From Candidatus Aminicenantes bacterium (GTDB lineage Bacteria; Acidobacteriota; Aminicenantia; Aminicenantales; Aminicenantaceae), in NCBI GenBank assembly GCA_030603565.1, contig JAUVXM010000002.1, positions 2,151 through 66,150 on the forward strand: a DNA stretch of 64,000 nt. Reading direction: 5' to 3'. The notes under the pieces were generated by a model. The model did not search any database and was not told the DNA's origin. It saw only the letters and a program-made list of their open reading frames with translations. The translations under genes and the position numbers were made by a program. This document shows, in pieces, positions 1-9,684 of the stretch. Positions within the stretch are counted from its first letter, which is position 1. Every line of letters starts with the position of its first letter.

Positions 1-56
1 AAACCAATACCGCATTACAGATGAAAAATGCGGGGATTGAGTTTAAGGTGGTTTAA
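1..56 (+). CDS. mod: 3' end of Type III restriction-modification methyltransferase (Mod), partial
   Basis: Frame from nt 3 reads TNTALQMKNAGIEFKVV*, matching the typical Type III Mod C-terminus (..LKTNxxLQMKxxGIEFKxx); a cognate res gene lies at 3882. Confidence 0.7.
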   Translation, partial: TNTALQMKNAGIEFKVV

Positions 57-61
57 GAATA

Positions 62-733
62 ATGAGTTATAAAAGTGCACAATTGATCGACATAAAGGTT
101 GCCGAAGGTGACTATTTCCTCAATGAAATAAAAAATGTCAAATCTAATATTTTGATTGTCAACAGTTTGGTAAATGCCTTTGTTTCCTCATGTAGAAATA
201 TCACTTTTGCACTTCAATATGTCTTACATAACATTGAGGGGTTTCATGTTTGGTATAATGAAAAACAAGCATATATGAAAAATAATGCTTATTTTAATTT
301 TTTTAATGAATATAGGCGTTTGTCTATACATAAAGGGCAATATTTTATTAAATCTGGAGACATGAAAAATAGTAAAATATCATGGTATTTTGATACAATT
401 AAAAACATTCAATTTAATGATGATGTATTTATTGTCTGTAACAAATATTTTATTGAATTGCTACAACTAATATTTGATTGTTATCAAGAGTTTAAATTTA
501 CTCTAAGCGCTAAATGGTATTATACTCAAAATAATTTTACAATGTTAAATAAAACTATTTCTGAAGCTGAAAACGAATTGAGGTTTCCGACAAATTGGAC
601 TAAAATAAATGGCAATAAAGAAGAATTTCCTAAACGATGGGCTGTTTTAAGAAGAAATGTAACCAGCTGTGAAATAAATCATTTTTTCAAAATGTATCTT
701 AATAAATGTTTTAAAGAACCTGACGACATTTGA
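62..733 (+). CDS. Hypothetical protein, putative HEPN-like domain
   Basis: 223 aa, very AT-rich. Helical pattern NAFVSSCRNITFAL..GFHVWY followed by an Rx4H motif (YRRLSIH). Confidence 0.5.
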   Translation: MSYKSAQLIDIKVAEGDYFLNEIKNVKSNILIVNSLVNAFVSSCRNITFALQYVLHNIEGFHVWYNEKQAYMKNNAYFNFFNEYRRLSIHKGQYFIKSGDMKNSKISWYFDTIKNIQFNDDVFIVCNKYFIELLQLIFDCYQEFKFTLSAKWYYTQNNFTMLNKTISEAENELRFPTNWTKINGNKEEFPKRWAVLRRNVTSCEINHFFKMYLNKCFKEPDDI

Positions 734-775
734 AATATGTTGAGATAGAGTTTATATCAGTATAAGGACAAATAA

Positions 776-2416
776 ATGACTGAATCACCATTTAAAATGC
801 AGTTTGATCCTCAAACAATCAAACATCTTGGTGTACGAATGTATTCAAGGCTTGCACCCGCACTAGCCGAAATTATTTCAAATGCATATGATGCCGATGC
901 AAATAATGTCAGCATTGTTTTGACTGAAAAAAATGGAATTCCCAAAGAGATACGGATTGAAGATGATGGAACAGGAATCTCACATAACGAAATCAATAGC
1001 AAATTTCTAATAATTGGTAGAAATAGGCGTGATGATGAAGGGGACAAGCCTTCAAAAAAATACAATCGTTTGCCTACCGGTAAAAAAGGTCTTGGCAAAC
1101 TTGCTCTGTTTGGACTTGCCAAAACAATTACAATTTCAACAAGGCAATCTGGGAAACAAAATGAATTTGTATTAGACTGGGATGATTTAATGACAGCTAA
1201 AGATAGTTATCGACCTAGGGCAAATAGTATTAACACTGATACAAGTGCTGCCGATGGTACGGTTATTACTATGGAAGGGCTAAAAAGAAAAACGGCATTT
1301 GATTTAAATGAGTTAGCAGACAGTTTGTCTCGAATATTTATTTTTGATAACAATTTTAATTTGGTGCTTGAATCACCCTCAGGAGACAGAATCTTAATAG
1401 ATAATAAGAGAAAATACGGTCTACTTAATGAAGAATTTGAGTGGGATCTCGAATCCACATTTTTGGTACCTTCAGAATCTGAATATCACAGGAAAATAAA
1501 CGGTCATCTAATAACTTCGGAAAAACCAATTACCCCTTCTTCCGGTTTAAGAGGAATAACTCTTTTTTCGCGAGGAAAACTTGTAAATGCTCCAGAATTT
1601 TTCTCCAGTAGCACCTCAAGCCACTTTTTCCAATACCTTACTGGATGGATAAGTGTAGATTTTATAGATCTCTTAGATGATGATGTTATATCAACGAATC
1701 GTCAATCCATAGATTGGGAACATCCCGATATGACCAAATTAAGAAAATTTCTTTCAGGAATAGTTTCACAAGTTAATGCAGATTGGCGAAAGAGAAGAAA
1801 AGAAAAAAAAGCTGCTGATTTAAAGGAAAAAACAGGTATTGATGCAGAAAATTGGACAAATACTTTACCGGATGACGTAAAAGAGAACACCAAACGAATT
1901 ATAGAAACATTGGGTGGTGAAGATGCGCTTGAAAAATACACTCCCGTAATCAAAGCCCTTCATGATATTATTCCGGAATACCCCCTTCTTCATTGGCGAC
2001 ATTTGCACGATTACCTAAGAGAAAGAATCAAATCATATTACGAGCATAAGCAGTACGGGGATGCTGCAAGCCAAGGGGTTCAAATATATTGTGAGATAAT
2101 AAGAAAACTAACAGACAGAAAAGAGGACGGGACAGCTTTAGTCAATCGAATATTCGGGAGTAGCCCTTTTGATAGTCTCCCAGAGGTCCAATTGAATGAC
2201 TTAGACACAGAATCTAAGAAAAACATTCAGGAAGGGCAAGGCCATTTATCCAGAGGAGTAGTAACGGGCTTTAGGAACCCCATATCACACGGACCAATTG
2301 ACACCAATGTCCCTGATTTGTTTACTGAACTTGATTGTCTGAATATTTTAAGTCTAGTTTCATATCTAATAACTCGAATGGATAATGCCAAGGTGAATGC
2401 TTCTTCTGGTAGTTAG
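776..2416 (+). CDS. GHKL (MORC/HATPase_c_3) ATPase fused to C-terminal TIGR02391/Ymh-like domain
   Basis: GHKL boxes EIISNAYDA, EDDGTGI, GKKGLGK, GTVIT; S5-like GITLFSRGKLV; C-terminal DGTALVNRIFG..ESKKNIQEG..GFRNPISH. Confidence 0.85.
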   Translation: MTESPFKMQFDPQTIKHLGVRMYSRLAPALAEIISNAYDADANNVSIVLTEKNGIPKEIRIEDDGTGISHNEINSKFLIIGRNRRDDEGDKPSKKYNRLPTGKKGLGKLALFGLAKTITISTRQSGKQNEFVLDWDDLMTAKDSYRPRANSINTDTSAADGTVITMEGLKRKTAFDLNELADSLSRIFIFDNNFNLVLESPSGDRILIDNKRKYGLLNEEFEWDLESTFLVPSESEYHRKINGHLITSEKPITPSSGLRGITLFSRGKLVNAPEFFSSSTSSHFFQYLTGWISVDFIDLLDDDVISTNRQSIDWEHPDMTKLRKFLSGIVSQVNADWRKRRKEKKAADLKEKTGIDAENWTNTLPDDVKENTKRIIETLGGEDALEKYTPVIKALHDIIPEYPLLHWRHLHDYLRERIKSYYEHKQYGDAASQGVQIYCEIIRKLTDRKEDGTALVNRIFGSSPFDSLPEVQLNDLDTESKKNIQEGQGHLSRGVVTGFRNPISHGPIDTNVPDLFTELDCLNILSLVSYLITRMDNAKVNASSGS

Positions 2417-2430
2417 CAAAAGAGAAAAAG

Positions 2431-3459
2431 ATGAAAAAAAATAACATTTTAAATGCAATTGACCTTTTTTCCGGTTGCGGCGGTTTATCCGAAGGATTAA
2501 AACAAGCCGGTTTTAACGTTATTGCAGGTGTTGAAGTTGATAAAAACGCAGCTAAGGCGTACCGCATGAACCATACGGACACCGTTCTTTATGAGGATGA
2601 CATAAGAAAACTTGATTCTAATGAAATATTGAAGCTTCTTAACGGCAAACCCTTGCATCTTCTTGCCGGATGCCCCCCGTGTCAGGGTTTTTCGACAATA
2701 AGGAAACTAAATCGTAAATTGGCTGTTCCGGATGAAAGAAACAGTTTGATTAATGAATATTATAGATTTGTTAAGGAATTAAATCCGTTAACTATAATGC
2801 TTGAGAATGTCCCGAGTATTGTTGATTATACATTATTTAAAACTATCGCTCGAAAACTTAAAAAACTTGGTTACAATATTACTTATAAAGTCGTTAATGT
2901 TGCTGATTATTCCATTCCACAGCGACGGAAAAGATTGGTTTTGGTAGGCTCTAAAATATGCAAAATTGATATTGCATCAGGAACAAATACACTTACTACC
3001 GTTCGAGATGCTCTTGGTAAATTAAAAAATAATGTCAATGACGAGTTGCATAAAATTTATCCGAAACATACCGAACATATTCAAAAAATGATTTCATTAA
3101 TACCTAAAAACGGCGGTAGTAGAAAAGATTTACCGGAACAGTACACGTTGGAATGTCATAAAAAAAAGAATGTGGGATTTAAAGATGTATACGGAAGGTT
3201 GCGCTGGGATAGCGTATCTTCAACAATTACCGGCGGATGTCTGAATCCGTCAAAAGGAAGATTTTTACACCCGGATGAAGACAGATGCATTTCTGCAAGA
3301 GAAGCGTCATTATTACAAACCTTTCCGATTGATTACAAGTTTCCTACCGATATTCCAAAAGCCGAACTCGCGTTATTAATAGGTAATGCTCTCCCTCCTG
3401 AATTTAGCAGAATACAGGCGGAAAACATTTTTCGTCATATTGAAGAATGTTATGGCTGA
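2431..3459 (+). CDS. dcm: DNA (cytosine-5)-methyltransferase
   Basis: Motifs DLFSGCGG (I), GCPPCQGFS (IV), ENV (VI), QRRKR (VIII), REASLLQTFP (IX), IGNA (X). Confidence 0.95.
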   Translation: MKKNNILNAIDLFSGCGGLSEGLKQAGFNVIAGVEVDKNAAKAYRMNHTDTVLYEDDIRKLDSNEILKLLNGKPLHLLAGCPPCQGFSTIRKLNRKLAVPDERNSLINEYYRFVKELNPLTIMLENVPSIVDYTLFKTIARKLKKLGYNITYKVVNVADYSIPQRRKRLVLVGSKICKIDIASGTNTLTTVRDALGKLKNNVNDELHKIYPKHTEHIQKMISLIPKNGGSRKDLPEQYTLECHKKKNVGFKDVYGRLRWDSVSSTITGGCLNPSKGRFLHPDEDRCISAREASLLQTFPIDYKFPTDIPKAELALLIGNALPPEFSRIQAENIFRHIEECYG

Positions 3460-3865
3460 TATTTTTATCAAGGAAAAGCGCTCACAAATAATGAGTAGTA
3501 TTTCCGGAAAAGACACAAAACCGGAGATGATTATTAGAAAGGCGCTTTTTTCGGAAGGATATAGATATAGACTACATAGGAAAGATTTACCGGGTAAGCC
3601 GGATATTGTTTTTCCAAGCAAAAATAAAGTGATTTTTATTAACGGTTGTTTTTGGCACGGCCATAATTGTAAGAAAGCTGCTTTACCGGCAACCAATAAA
3701 AGTTTTTGGGAAAAGAAGCTAACAGGCAACAAAGAGAGAGATAAGCGGAATTTGGCAAAATTAAAAGCTATCGGTTGGAAAAGCTTGGTGATTTGGCAAT
3801 GTCAAATAAAAAAGAACACGCTTGAAGCTCAAATCAATAAGATAAAAGCATTCTTGGAAAAGTAA
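3452..3865 (+). CDS. vsr: Very short patch repair endonuclease
   Basis: Start reassigned to ATG 3452 (MADIF..RSQIMSSI..KDTKPE); LPGKPDIV, GCFWHGH, N..RD motifs; overlaps the MTase stop. Confidence 0.93.
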   Translation: MADIFIKEKRSQIMSSISGKDTKPEMIIRKALFSEGYRYRLHRKDLPGKPDIVFPSKNKVIFINGCFWHGHNCKKAALPATNKSFWEKKLTGNKERDKRNLAKLKAIGWKSLVIWQCQIKKNTLEAQINKIKAFLEK

Positions 3866-3881
3866 TAGGAATTCTCAATAG

Positions 3882-6506
3882 ATGAAACTCCACTTTGACC
3901 CAAACCAAAAGTTTCAGCACGATGCAATAAACTCGATTGTCGGCATATTTGAGGGACAACCTTTAAACCAGGGCGATTTCAGTTTTTCGATAAGTAGTGA
4001 AAGCTACATGTTTCAGGACGGTGGTGTTGGAAACAGACTTGAAATAAGCGAAGAACAGATTCTAAATAATGTTAAGGTAATACAGAAGAAAAATGAGTTA
4101 ATTGTTTCCGATAAATTGGACGGAATGAATTTTTCCATTGAAATGGAAACCGGAACCGGAAAAACTTATGTTTATCTCCGCACAATTTACGAATTGAATA
4201 AAAAATACGGATTTAAAAAATTCGTTATTGTTGTCCCCTCAATAGCCATTCGTGAAGGCGTATTAAAAAACCTTGAAATAACCTTTGAGCACTTTCAGAA
4301 TCTTTACGATAAGACGCCGCTTAATTTCGATGTTTACGATTCCAAAAGGGTTTCCAATTTAAGAAATTTTTCCATCAATAATAACATTCAGATCCTTGTT
4401 ATAAATATCGATTCCTTTGCCAAGGATGAAAACATAATCAATAAACCCAACGACAAACTGACCGGCAAAAAACCGGTAGAGTTTATCCAGGCAACCTGCC
4501 CGATTGTAATCGTGGATGAACCGCAGAATATGGAGACGGAGATCAGAAAAAAAGCAATTGATAACCTGAATCCGCTCTGCACTCTGCGCTATTCCGCCAC
4601 CCATATCAACCGTTACAATATGGTCTACAGCCTTGACCCGGTGAAAGCCTATGACATGGGGCTGGTCAAGCAGATAGAAGTTGATTCCATTGTCACGGAA
4701 AATGACTTTAATGAAGCATTTCTTTGCCTTGAAAAAGTAGCCGCAACAAAAACCCGCACTTCCGCTAGAATTAAAATAGATTTAAATACGCCTGACGGTG
4801 TTAAAAGGAAATCCGTTACCGCAAAGGTCGGAGATGATTTATACGATTTATCCAATAAAAGAGAGATTTATAAAAACGGATACATTATAAACGGTATTGA
4901 TGTTGCAGAAAATCTGATAGAGCTTTCTAACGGTGAAACAGTTTTTACAGGTGATACATTCGGCGGGCTTTCCGATGAGATCAGGAAGGTTCAGATTCGC
5001 AAAACAATTGAAGAACACTTTTTAAAAGAACGAAAGCTAAAAAATAAAGGTATAAAAGTCCTTTCTCTTTTTTTTATTGACCGGGTAGCCAATTACCGTG
5101 ATTATGATTTTGACGGCAATCCGGTTAAAGGCAAACTCGCCAAATGGTTTGAAGAAATATATACGGAATTATCTTCAAAACTCGCTTACAAAGATTTGAT
5201 TCCGTTTAATTCGGAAGAAGTCCATAACGGCTATTTTGCAGCTGATAAAAAAGGCAAATGGAAAGACACGAAGGGAAACACACAGGCAGACAATGATACT
5301 TTTAAGCTTATAATGAAAAACAAAGAAAGGCTTTTAGACACTGATGAACCGTTGAGGTTTATTTTCAGCCATTCCGCTTTGCGTGAGGGATGGGACAATC
5401 CCAATGTTTTTCAGATATGTACATTAAATGAAACGCAATCGGAACTTAAAAAGAGACAGGAAATAGGTAGGGGATTAAGGCTTTCGGTAAATCAGGATGG
5501 AATTCGTATACAGGACACCAATATTAACCGATTAACGCTTGTTGCCAATGAATCTTATGAAGATTTTGCCAAGCAGTTGCAGAAGGAAATAGAAGAAGAT
5601 TGCGGAGTATCATTTAAAGGCAGAATCAAAAATAAACGGAAAAGAACAACTGTCAAATACCGAAAAGGATTTGAACTGGATGAAAAATTCAAAGATATCT
5701 GGGACAAGATTAAATATCAAACCACCTATCGGGTTGAATACGATACCGCCGAACTTATTAAGAAAGCAGCAAAAACCGTTAATCAAATGCCCTCTACCGG
5801 AAAAGCGGTTATAAAAACAACAAAAACCGCACTTGAATTTGATGAAGCCGGTATTATTATGGAAACAAAAGCCTCTTATATGACATCACTTGACGGCATG
5901 TTTTTAATACCTGACATCCTTTTTTACATACAGGAAAGAACGGAACTTACACGTTCCACAATTTTTGAAATTCTTAAGAAATCCGGGAGAATAAGTGAAG
6001 TTTTAATTAACCCGCAGCTTTTTCTTGATAATGTCGTTACTGCCATAAAAGATGTTCTCACGGAACTGGTGATTGAAGGTATAAAATATGAAAAAATCGG
6101 CTTAAAAGAATATGAAATGCGGTTGTTTGAGGACTATGAAATACATATCAATGACCTGACATTTAAAATAAATAAGAAAGATAAAACCATTTACAGCAAT
6201 CTTTTTCCGCTTGACTCCAATGTTGAATATGAATTTGCCAGAGAATGTGAAAGCAGAGATGACATTGAATTCTATTTTAAGCTTCCCTTCCGGTTTAAAA
6301 TTAAAACACCAATCGGAAATTATAACCCTGACTGGGCTTTGATTAAAAAGAATGAAAAAACGGTTTACTTTGTCGCCGAAACCAAATCGGCAGGACAGGA
6401 ATTAAAAATAAGTGAAAAAAGAAAGATAAAATGCGGGTATGCTCATTTTAATGAATTTGAAGATGTTAAATATAGGCAAGTAGCGACAGTAGGAGAATTG
6501 GATTAA
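3882..6506 (+). CDS. res: Type III restriction endonuclease Res subunit
   Basis: METGTGKT, DEPQ, YSATH, ALREGWDNPNVF, QEIGRGLR helicase motifs; C-terminal YNPDW..FVAETK PD-(D/E)xK nuclease. Confidence 0.95.
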   Translation: MKLHFDPNQKFQHDAINSIVGIFEGQPLNQGDFSFSISSESYMFQDGGVGNRLEISEEQILNNVKVIQKKNELIVSDKLDGMNFSIEMETGTGKTYVYLRTIYELNKKYGFKKFVIVVPSIAIREGVLKNLEITFEHFQNLYDKTPLNFDVYDSKRVSNLRNFSINNNIQILVINIDSFAKDENIINKPNDKLTGKKPVEFIQATCPIVIVDEPQNMETEIRKKAIDNLNPLCTLRYSATHINRYNMVYSLDPVKAYDMGLVKQIEVDSIVTENDFNEAFLCLEKVAATKTRTSARIKIDLNTPDGVKRKSVTAKVGDDLYDLSNKREIYKNGYIINGIDVAENLIELSNGETVFTGDTFGGLSDEIRKVQIRKTIEEHFLKERKLKNKGIKVLSLFFIDRVANYRDYDFDGNPVKGKLAKWFEEIYTELSSKLAYKDLIPFNSEEVHNGYFAADKKGKWKDTKGNTQADNDTFKLIMKNKERLLDTDEPLRFIFSHSALREGWDNPNVFQICTLNETQSELKKRQEIGRGLRLSVNQDGIRIQDTNINRLTLVANESYEDFAKQLQKEIEEDCGVSFKGRIKNKRKRTTVKYRKGFELDEKFKDIWDKIKYQTTYRVEYDTAELIKKAAKTVNQMPSTGKAVIKTTKTALEFDEAGIIMETKASYMTSLDGMFLIPDILFYIQERTELTRSTIFEILKKSGRISEVLINPQLFLDNVVTAIKDVLTELVIEGIKYEKIGLKEYEMRLFEDYEIHINDLTFKINKKDKTIYSNLFPLDSNVEYEFARECESRDDIEFYFKLPFRFKIKTPIGNYNPDWALIKKNEKTVYFVAETKSAGQELKISEKRKIKCGYAHFNEFEDVKYRQVATVGELD

Positions 6507-6840
6507 GAAGCGTTTTCGCACATCGGATGCTACAGCGGAATAAAACGGGCTATCTCAAATATGACGAAAGGAAAAAGCATATATAACAAATCGTTAGAAC
6601 TCCGTTCGGAAGAACATCAGGAAAAAGTCTTAATCATTAAAAATGTCCCACGCTATCCAGAAATCATTGACAAAGGAACCAGCGCATTTCTGCACAATCC
6701 TGCCTTCGCCGCCTCCAACCGCATAAAATATGAATAATGTTCGGCTACAGGCCGCCCCATTTATTTAGGCCAAGCCAGTGAAATTTAGCTGAGATTGTCA
6801 TGAACAAAAAAAATTTGAATAAGATTTTGAAGAGTGTCTC

Positions 6841-8001
6841 TTATATACCACGATGCAGGCATGCAACCGGAAGTAGATGAACCTGATTAATTTGAGCATA
6901 TTCTGTTCCTGAGTAGAATAAATATTTTTGAACCGGACGTTTTAATTGCTTTTCAAATTCAATCAGATTATTGATGTCACGTTTAGACGGATTTTGAGTG
7001 GATTTGATTTCTATGGCATAAAGTTGATTTTCAGATTCAAAGATCAGGTCAATTTCACGTCCGGCTTTAGTTTTGTAGTAAAAAAATTGGTCTGTTTTAA
7101 TGAATCCCAGTTTTCTTCTTTTTTCCAGTTCTGCCAGGACAAAATTTTCAAACACTTGACCTTCAGTGATATTTGTATTAAAGCTTTTTATTATTCCAGT
7201 ATCAGAAAAATATGATTTTGCGGCTTTAACATATCGTTTAGCCGGACCATATTGATATCCATACAGCTTGAATATAAGCTGTGATTGAAGCAATGTATTT
7301 AAATATTTTTTTGTGGTGGGGTAGCTGATCCCGGCTTCTCTGGCAAAATTGGAGACCTCGAGATGTGATCCAATTGAGCGGATTAAATGATTAAAAATAG
7401 CATATAACCCTTCTATGTTTTCTATATTACTAAGCTGCATTAAATCGCGTGTAAAATATGTATTCTTATAATTTGTCAGAAGTTCGTATTTGTTCTCAGT
7501 TTTTGTCGTGGTGAGAATTTCCGGGAATTGGCCGTATAATATAGCTTCTTGTGTTTTTCTGTTTGCCTCTGCCAATGCCCTTAATGCAATTTGGTCATGG
7601 AAAATACTATGAGTATGACTGCCCTCATTTTCACCCCAACAAGCAGTTGGTAAGGAATACAGGTTGATCCGCCCGGCAAGTGTATCTGCTGTGGAATCAA
7701 GAAGACCTATTGAACTCGAACCTGTCATCAAAAAATGGGCTTTTTCATTGTCTATTGCATACTTGGCAGCAATGGTTAATTCCGGATACCTTTGAATCTC
7801 ATCTATAATTGCTCTGTCCCCCAATTGGGCTATAAATCCTTTTGAATCTTTTTTTGCCCAATTCAAGGCATCAAGGTCATCAAGAGTGATATAATTGTAA
7901 TCAGGAAATTGTGATTTTAATAATGTGGTTTTACCACATCTTCGCGGCCCTAGAATAAGGCAACTCTTATTTGTTTTTAACTCTATCCATCTTTTAAACA
8001 T
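6841..8001 (-). CDS. AAA+ ATPase (AAA_14) with DUF4143 / PD-(D/E)xK-like C-terminus
   Basis: GPRRCGKTT, IIDEIQ, TGSS, LAGR, FENFV..EL, EIDL..IEIK. Confidence 0.88.
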   Translation of the reverse strand: MFKRWIELKTNKSCLILGPRRCGKTTLLKSQFPDYNYITLDDLDALNWAKKDSKGFIAQLGDRAIIDEIQRYPELTIAAKYAIDNEKAHFLMTGSSSIGLLDSTADTLAGRINLYSLPTACWGENEGSHTHSIFHDQIALRALAEANRKTQEAILYGQFPEILTTTKTENKYELLTNYKNTYFTRDLMQLSNIENIEGLYAIFNHLIRSIGSHLEVSNFAREAGISYPTTKKYLNTLLQSQLIFKLYGYQYGPAKRYVKAAKSYFSDTGIIKSFNTNITEGQVFENFVLAELEKRRKLGFIKTDQFFYYKTKAGREIDLIFESENQLYAIEIKSTQNPSKRDINNLIEFEKQLKRPVQKYLFYSGTEYAQINQVHLLPVACLHRGI

Positions 8002-8093
8002 AGTTATAAAATAGCATGCCTATTTTGAAAGTCAAGTATTAATATTGACATGCTTAAATTAATTTTTATTTTTTTGCCACACTGACTTTTATC

Positions 8094-9188
8094 TTAGTCA
8101 TGTTTCCAATTCCTCCTAAAAATTAAGACACAAACAATCGACAATAAGTATGCTATACCCAGAAAGAGAAACCATTTACTATTTTCCCGGATATGTTGAT
8201 AAAGCTCCCCTTCTCCAGGTTGGGGCAGAGGTACCGGATCCCAGGGTAAGCCATATTCCTCAGCCAAACCATGGATAAAAAGCAGGTGAATAACAGGAAC
8301 CCCGCGAAAAGCCATGGCAAAGAGTAAGCCTCTTTTCTCGGAAGGCGGAAAATTATGAATATCCGTAAACCCGGGCTTTACTTTAAGGATCTCTTCATCC
8401 GTACCCATGTTTGATAGACTTCCTCCGATATTAATAAATGCCCGGATCTCAGCTTCGGCTGCAGCTGTATTATAGATCTGCATCTTCTTTTCTACATTTG
8501 TTTTCAGATCCGGTTCTTCAATAAAAAGCATTCCGCTCTGTTTTACAGCTTCTTTCAATATAGATCGCCCTTCAGGCAGCATGTTGTCTCCTGTATCCCG
8601 GTCTCCACCCAGAGAAAGGGCGACAGGTTTTACCTCGAATATTCCCTTCGTATCCAAACAGTCCTGAATTTTAAGCCAGTGAAAATGCGGGTCATTCGCA
8701 CCCCACTGCGAAGCCCCCAGAGAGCATATTACCAGAGGATTCAATCCCATCGCCTCAGCTGCTGAAAGTACTGCGATTATTAGCGCCGGAAAAGAGCCGG
8801 AAGCTCCCACGGCGATCGTATCCCCCCTTTTTACTCCTGCTTTTTTAAGCAGCAGCACAACTAACCCGGCAAAATTGGGATTGGTGGTCGTACGTTTTGC
8901 CTCCAGCTGCCCGAGCGAGGTCGTTATTTCCGAATATTCCCGTCCGATAAGGCCGGTCAGATTAGGATCACTCTTGTAATCCAAGCCGGAACCGTTTCGT
9001 CTGCGGCAGTCTGATACTGCTTCTGATGCATGAGCCATTAAGCGGGAAGCAGCGACCATATCCTTTGTCAAAGCATTTACATCTTTCAGAGGAGCAGTCC
9101 TGGCCAGAACATAAAAGACCAGACTTAACAAGAAAAGCCATATATATATCCGGGAACCCGGTTTATTTTCCCTCGCCGTACTATCCAC
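8094..9188 (-). CDS. pgsW: Poly-gamma-glutamate system protein (TIGR04332-like)
   Basis: DPNLTGLIG.E.S.ITTSLG.LEAKRTTTNPNFA, SGSFP, ASQWGAN, FINIGG motifs; N- and C-terminal TM helices. Confidence 0.85.
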   Translation of the reverse strand: MDSTARENKPGSRIYIWLFLLSLVFYVLARTAPLKDVNALTKDMVAASRLMAHASEAVSDCRRRNGSGLDYKSDPNLTGLIGREYSEITTSLGQLEAKRTTTNPNFAGLVVLLLKKAGVKRGDTIAVGASGSFPALIIAVLSAAEAMGLNPLVICSLGASQWGANDPHFHWLKIQDCLDTKGIFEVKPVALSLGGDRDTGDNMLPEGRSILKEAVKQSGMLFIEEPDLKTNVEKKMQIYNTAAAEAEIRAFINIGGSLSNMGTDEEILKVKPGFTDIHNFPPSEKRGLLFAMAFRGVPVIHLLFIHGLAEEYGLPWDPVPLPQPGEGELYQHIRENSKWFLFLGIAYLLSIVCVLIFRRNWKHD

Positions 9189-9189
9189 T

Positions 9190-9684
9190 TTAAAGCCTGC
9201 ATATAGAACATTTCGAAGGGTCTTTCTCGTTTATCCATGTTTTCCAATTGTTATATCTGGGAAAATACATGAATATAAGAAACAATGAGACAAAAAGCAA
9301 AATGTAAAAATCCTGGTTTAATCCGGCTAAAAGAAACAGGACAAGACCTAGTATTGCCGGAATCTCAGATAAGGCAAGAATCAATATGGAAGTTTTAAAA
9401 AGATCGCCAGCCAGGTTTGTTTTTTCAGAAGAAAATGTTTTCCTTAAAAGAAATCCTCTTAATACCCTGATAAGGATCACCTGAAAAACAGCAGCCCCAT
9501 AAAAAACGTATCTTAAAAGCATGGTGTTTTTTATCTCTACCAATCCGGAGAAAGGGGCCATCCGGGCTCTTATTATCTCTACAGCTACCGGATAAATAAA
9601 CAATACAGCCAGCATTGATGATGCAATGACCACCGCAGTTTTAACAACCTTTTTTAAATCATCATCTTGACCTGGACTATTCAT
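9190..9684 (-). CDS. Hypothetical 4-TM membrane protein
   Basis: Four hydrophobic segments; 1 nt from pgsW; predicted ATG lies inside a repeat terminus. Confidence 0.75.
   Translation of the reverse strand: MNSPGQDDDLKKVVKTAVVIASSMLAVLFIYPVAVEIIRARMAPFSGLVEIKNTMLLRYVFYGAAVFQVILIRVLRGFLLRKTFSSEKTNLAGDLFKTSILILALSEIPAILGLVLFLLAGLNQDFYILLFVSLFLIFMYFPRYNNWKTWINEKDPSKCSICRL

Noticed and set aside
3386-3451. Longer vsr N-terminus from the ORF track (likewise the extended starts of pgsC, blaI, PII-like and transglutaminase genes)
   Set aside because: Extensions overlap upstream genes or regulatory DNA; family N-termini and RBSs fit the downstream ATGs.
6580-6600. TATAACAAATCGTTAGAAC resembling the left arm of an integron attC
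   Set aside because: No complementary right arm with GTTRRRY at a suitable distance and no integrase.
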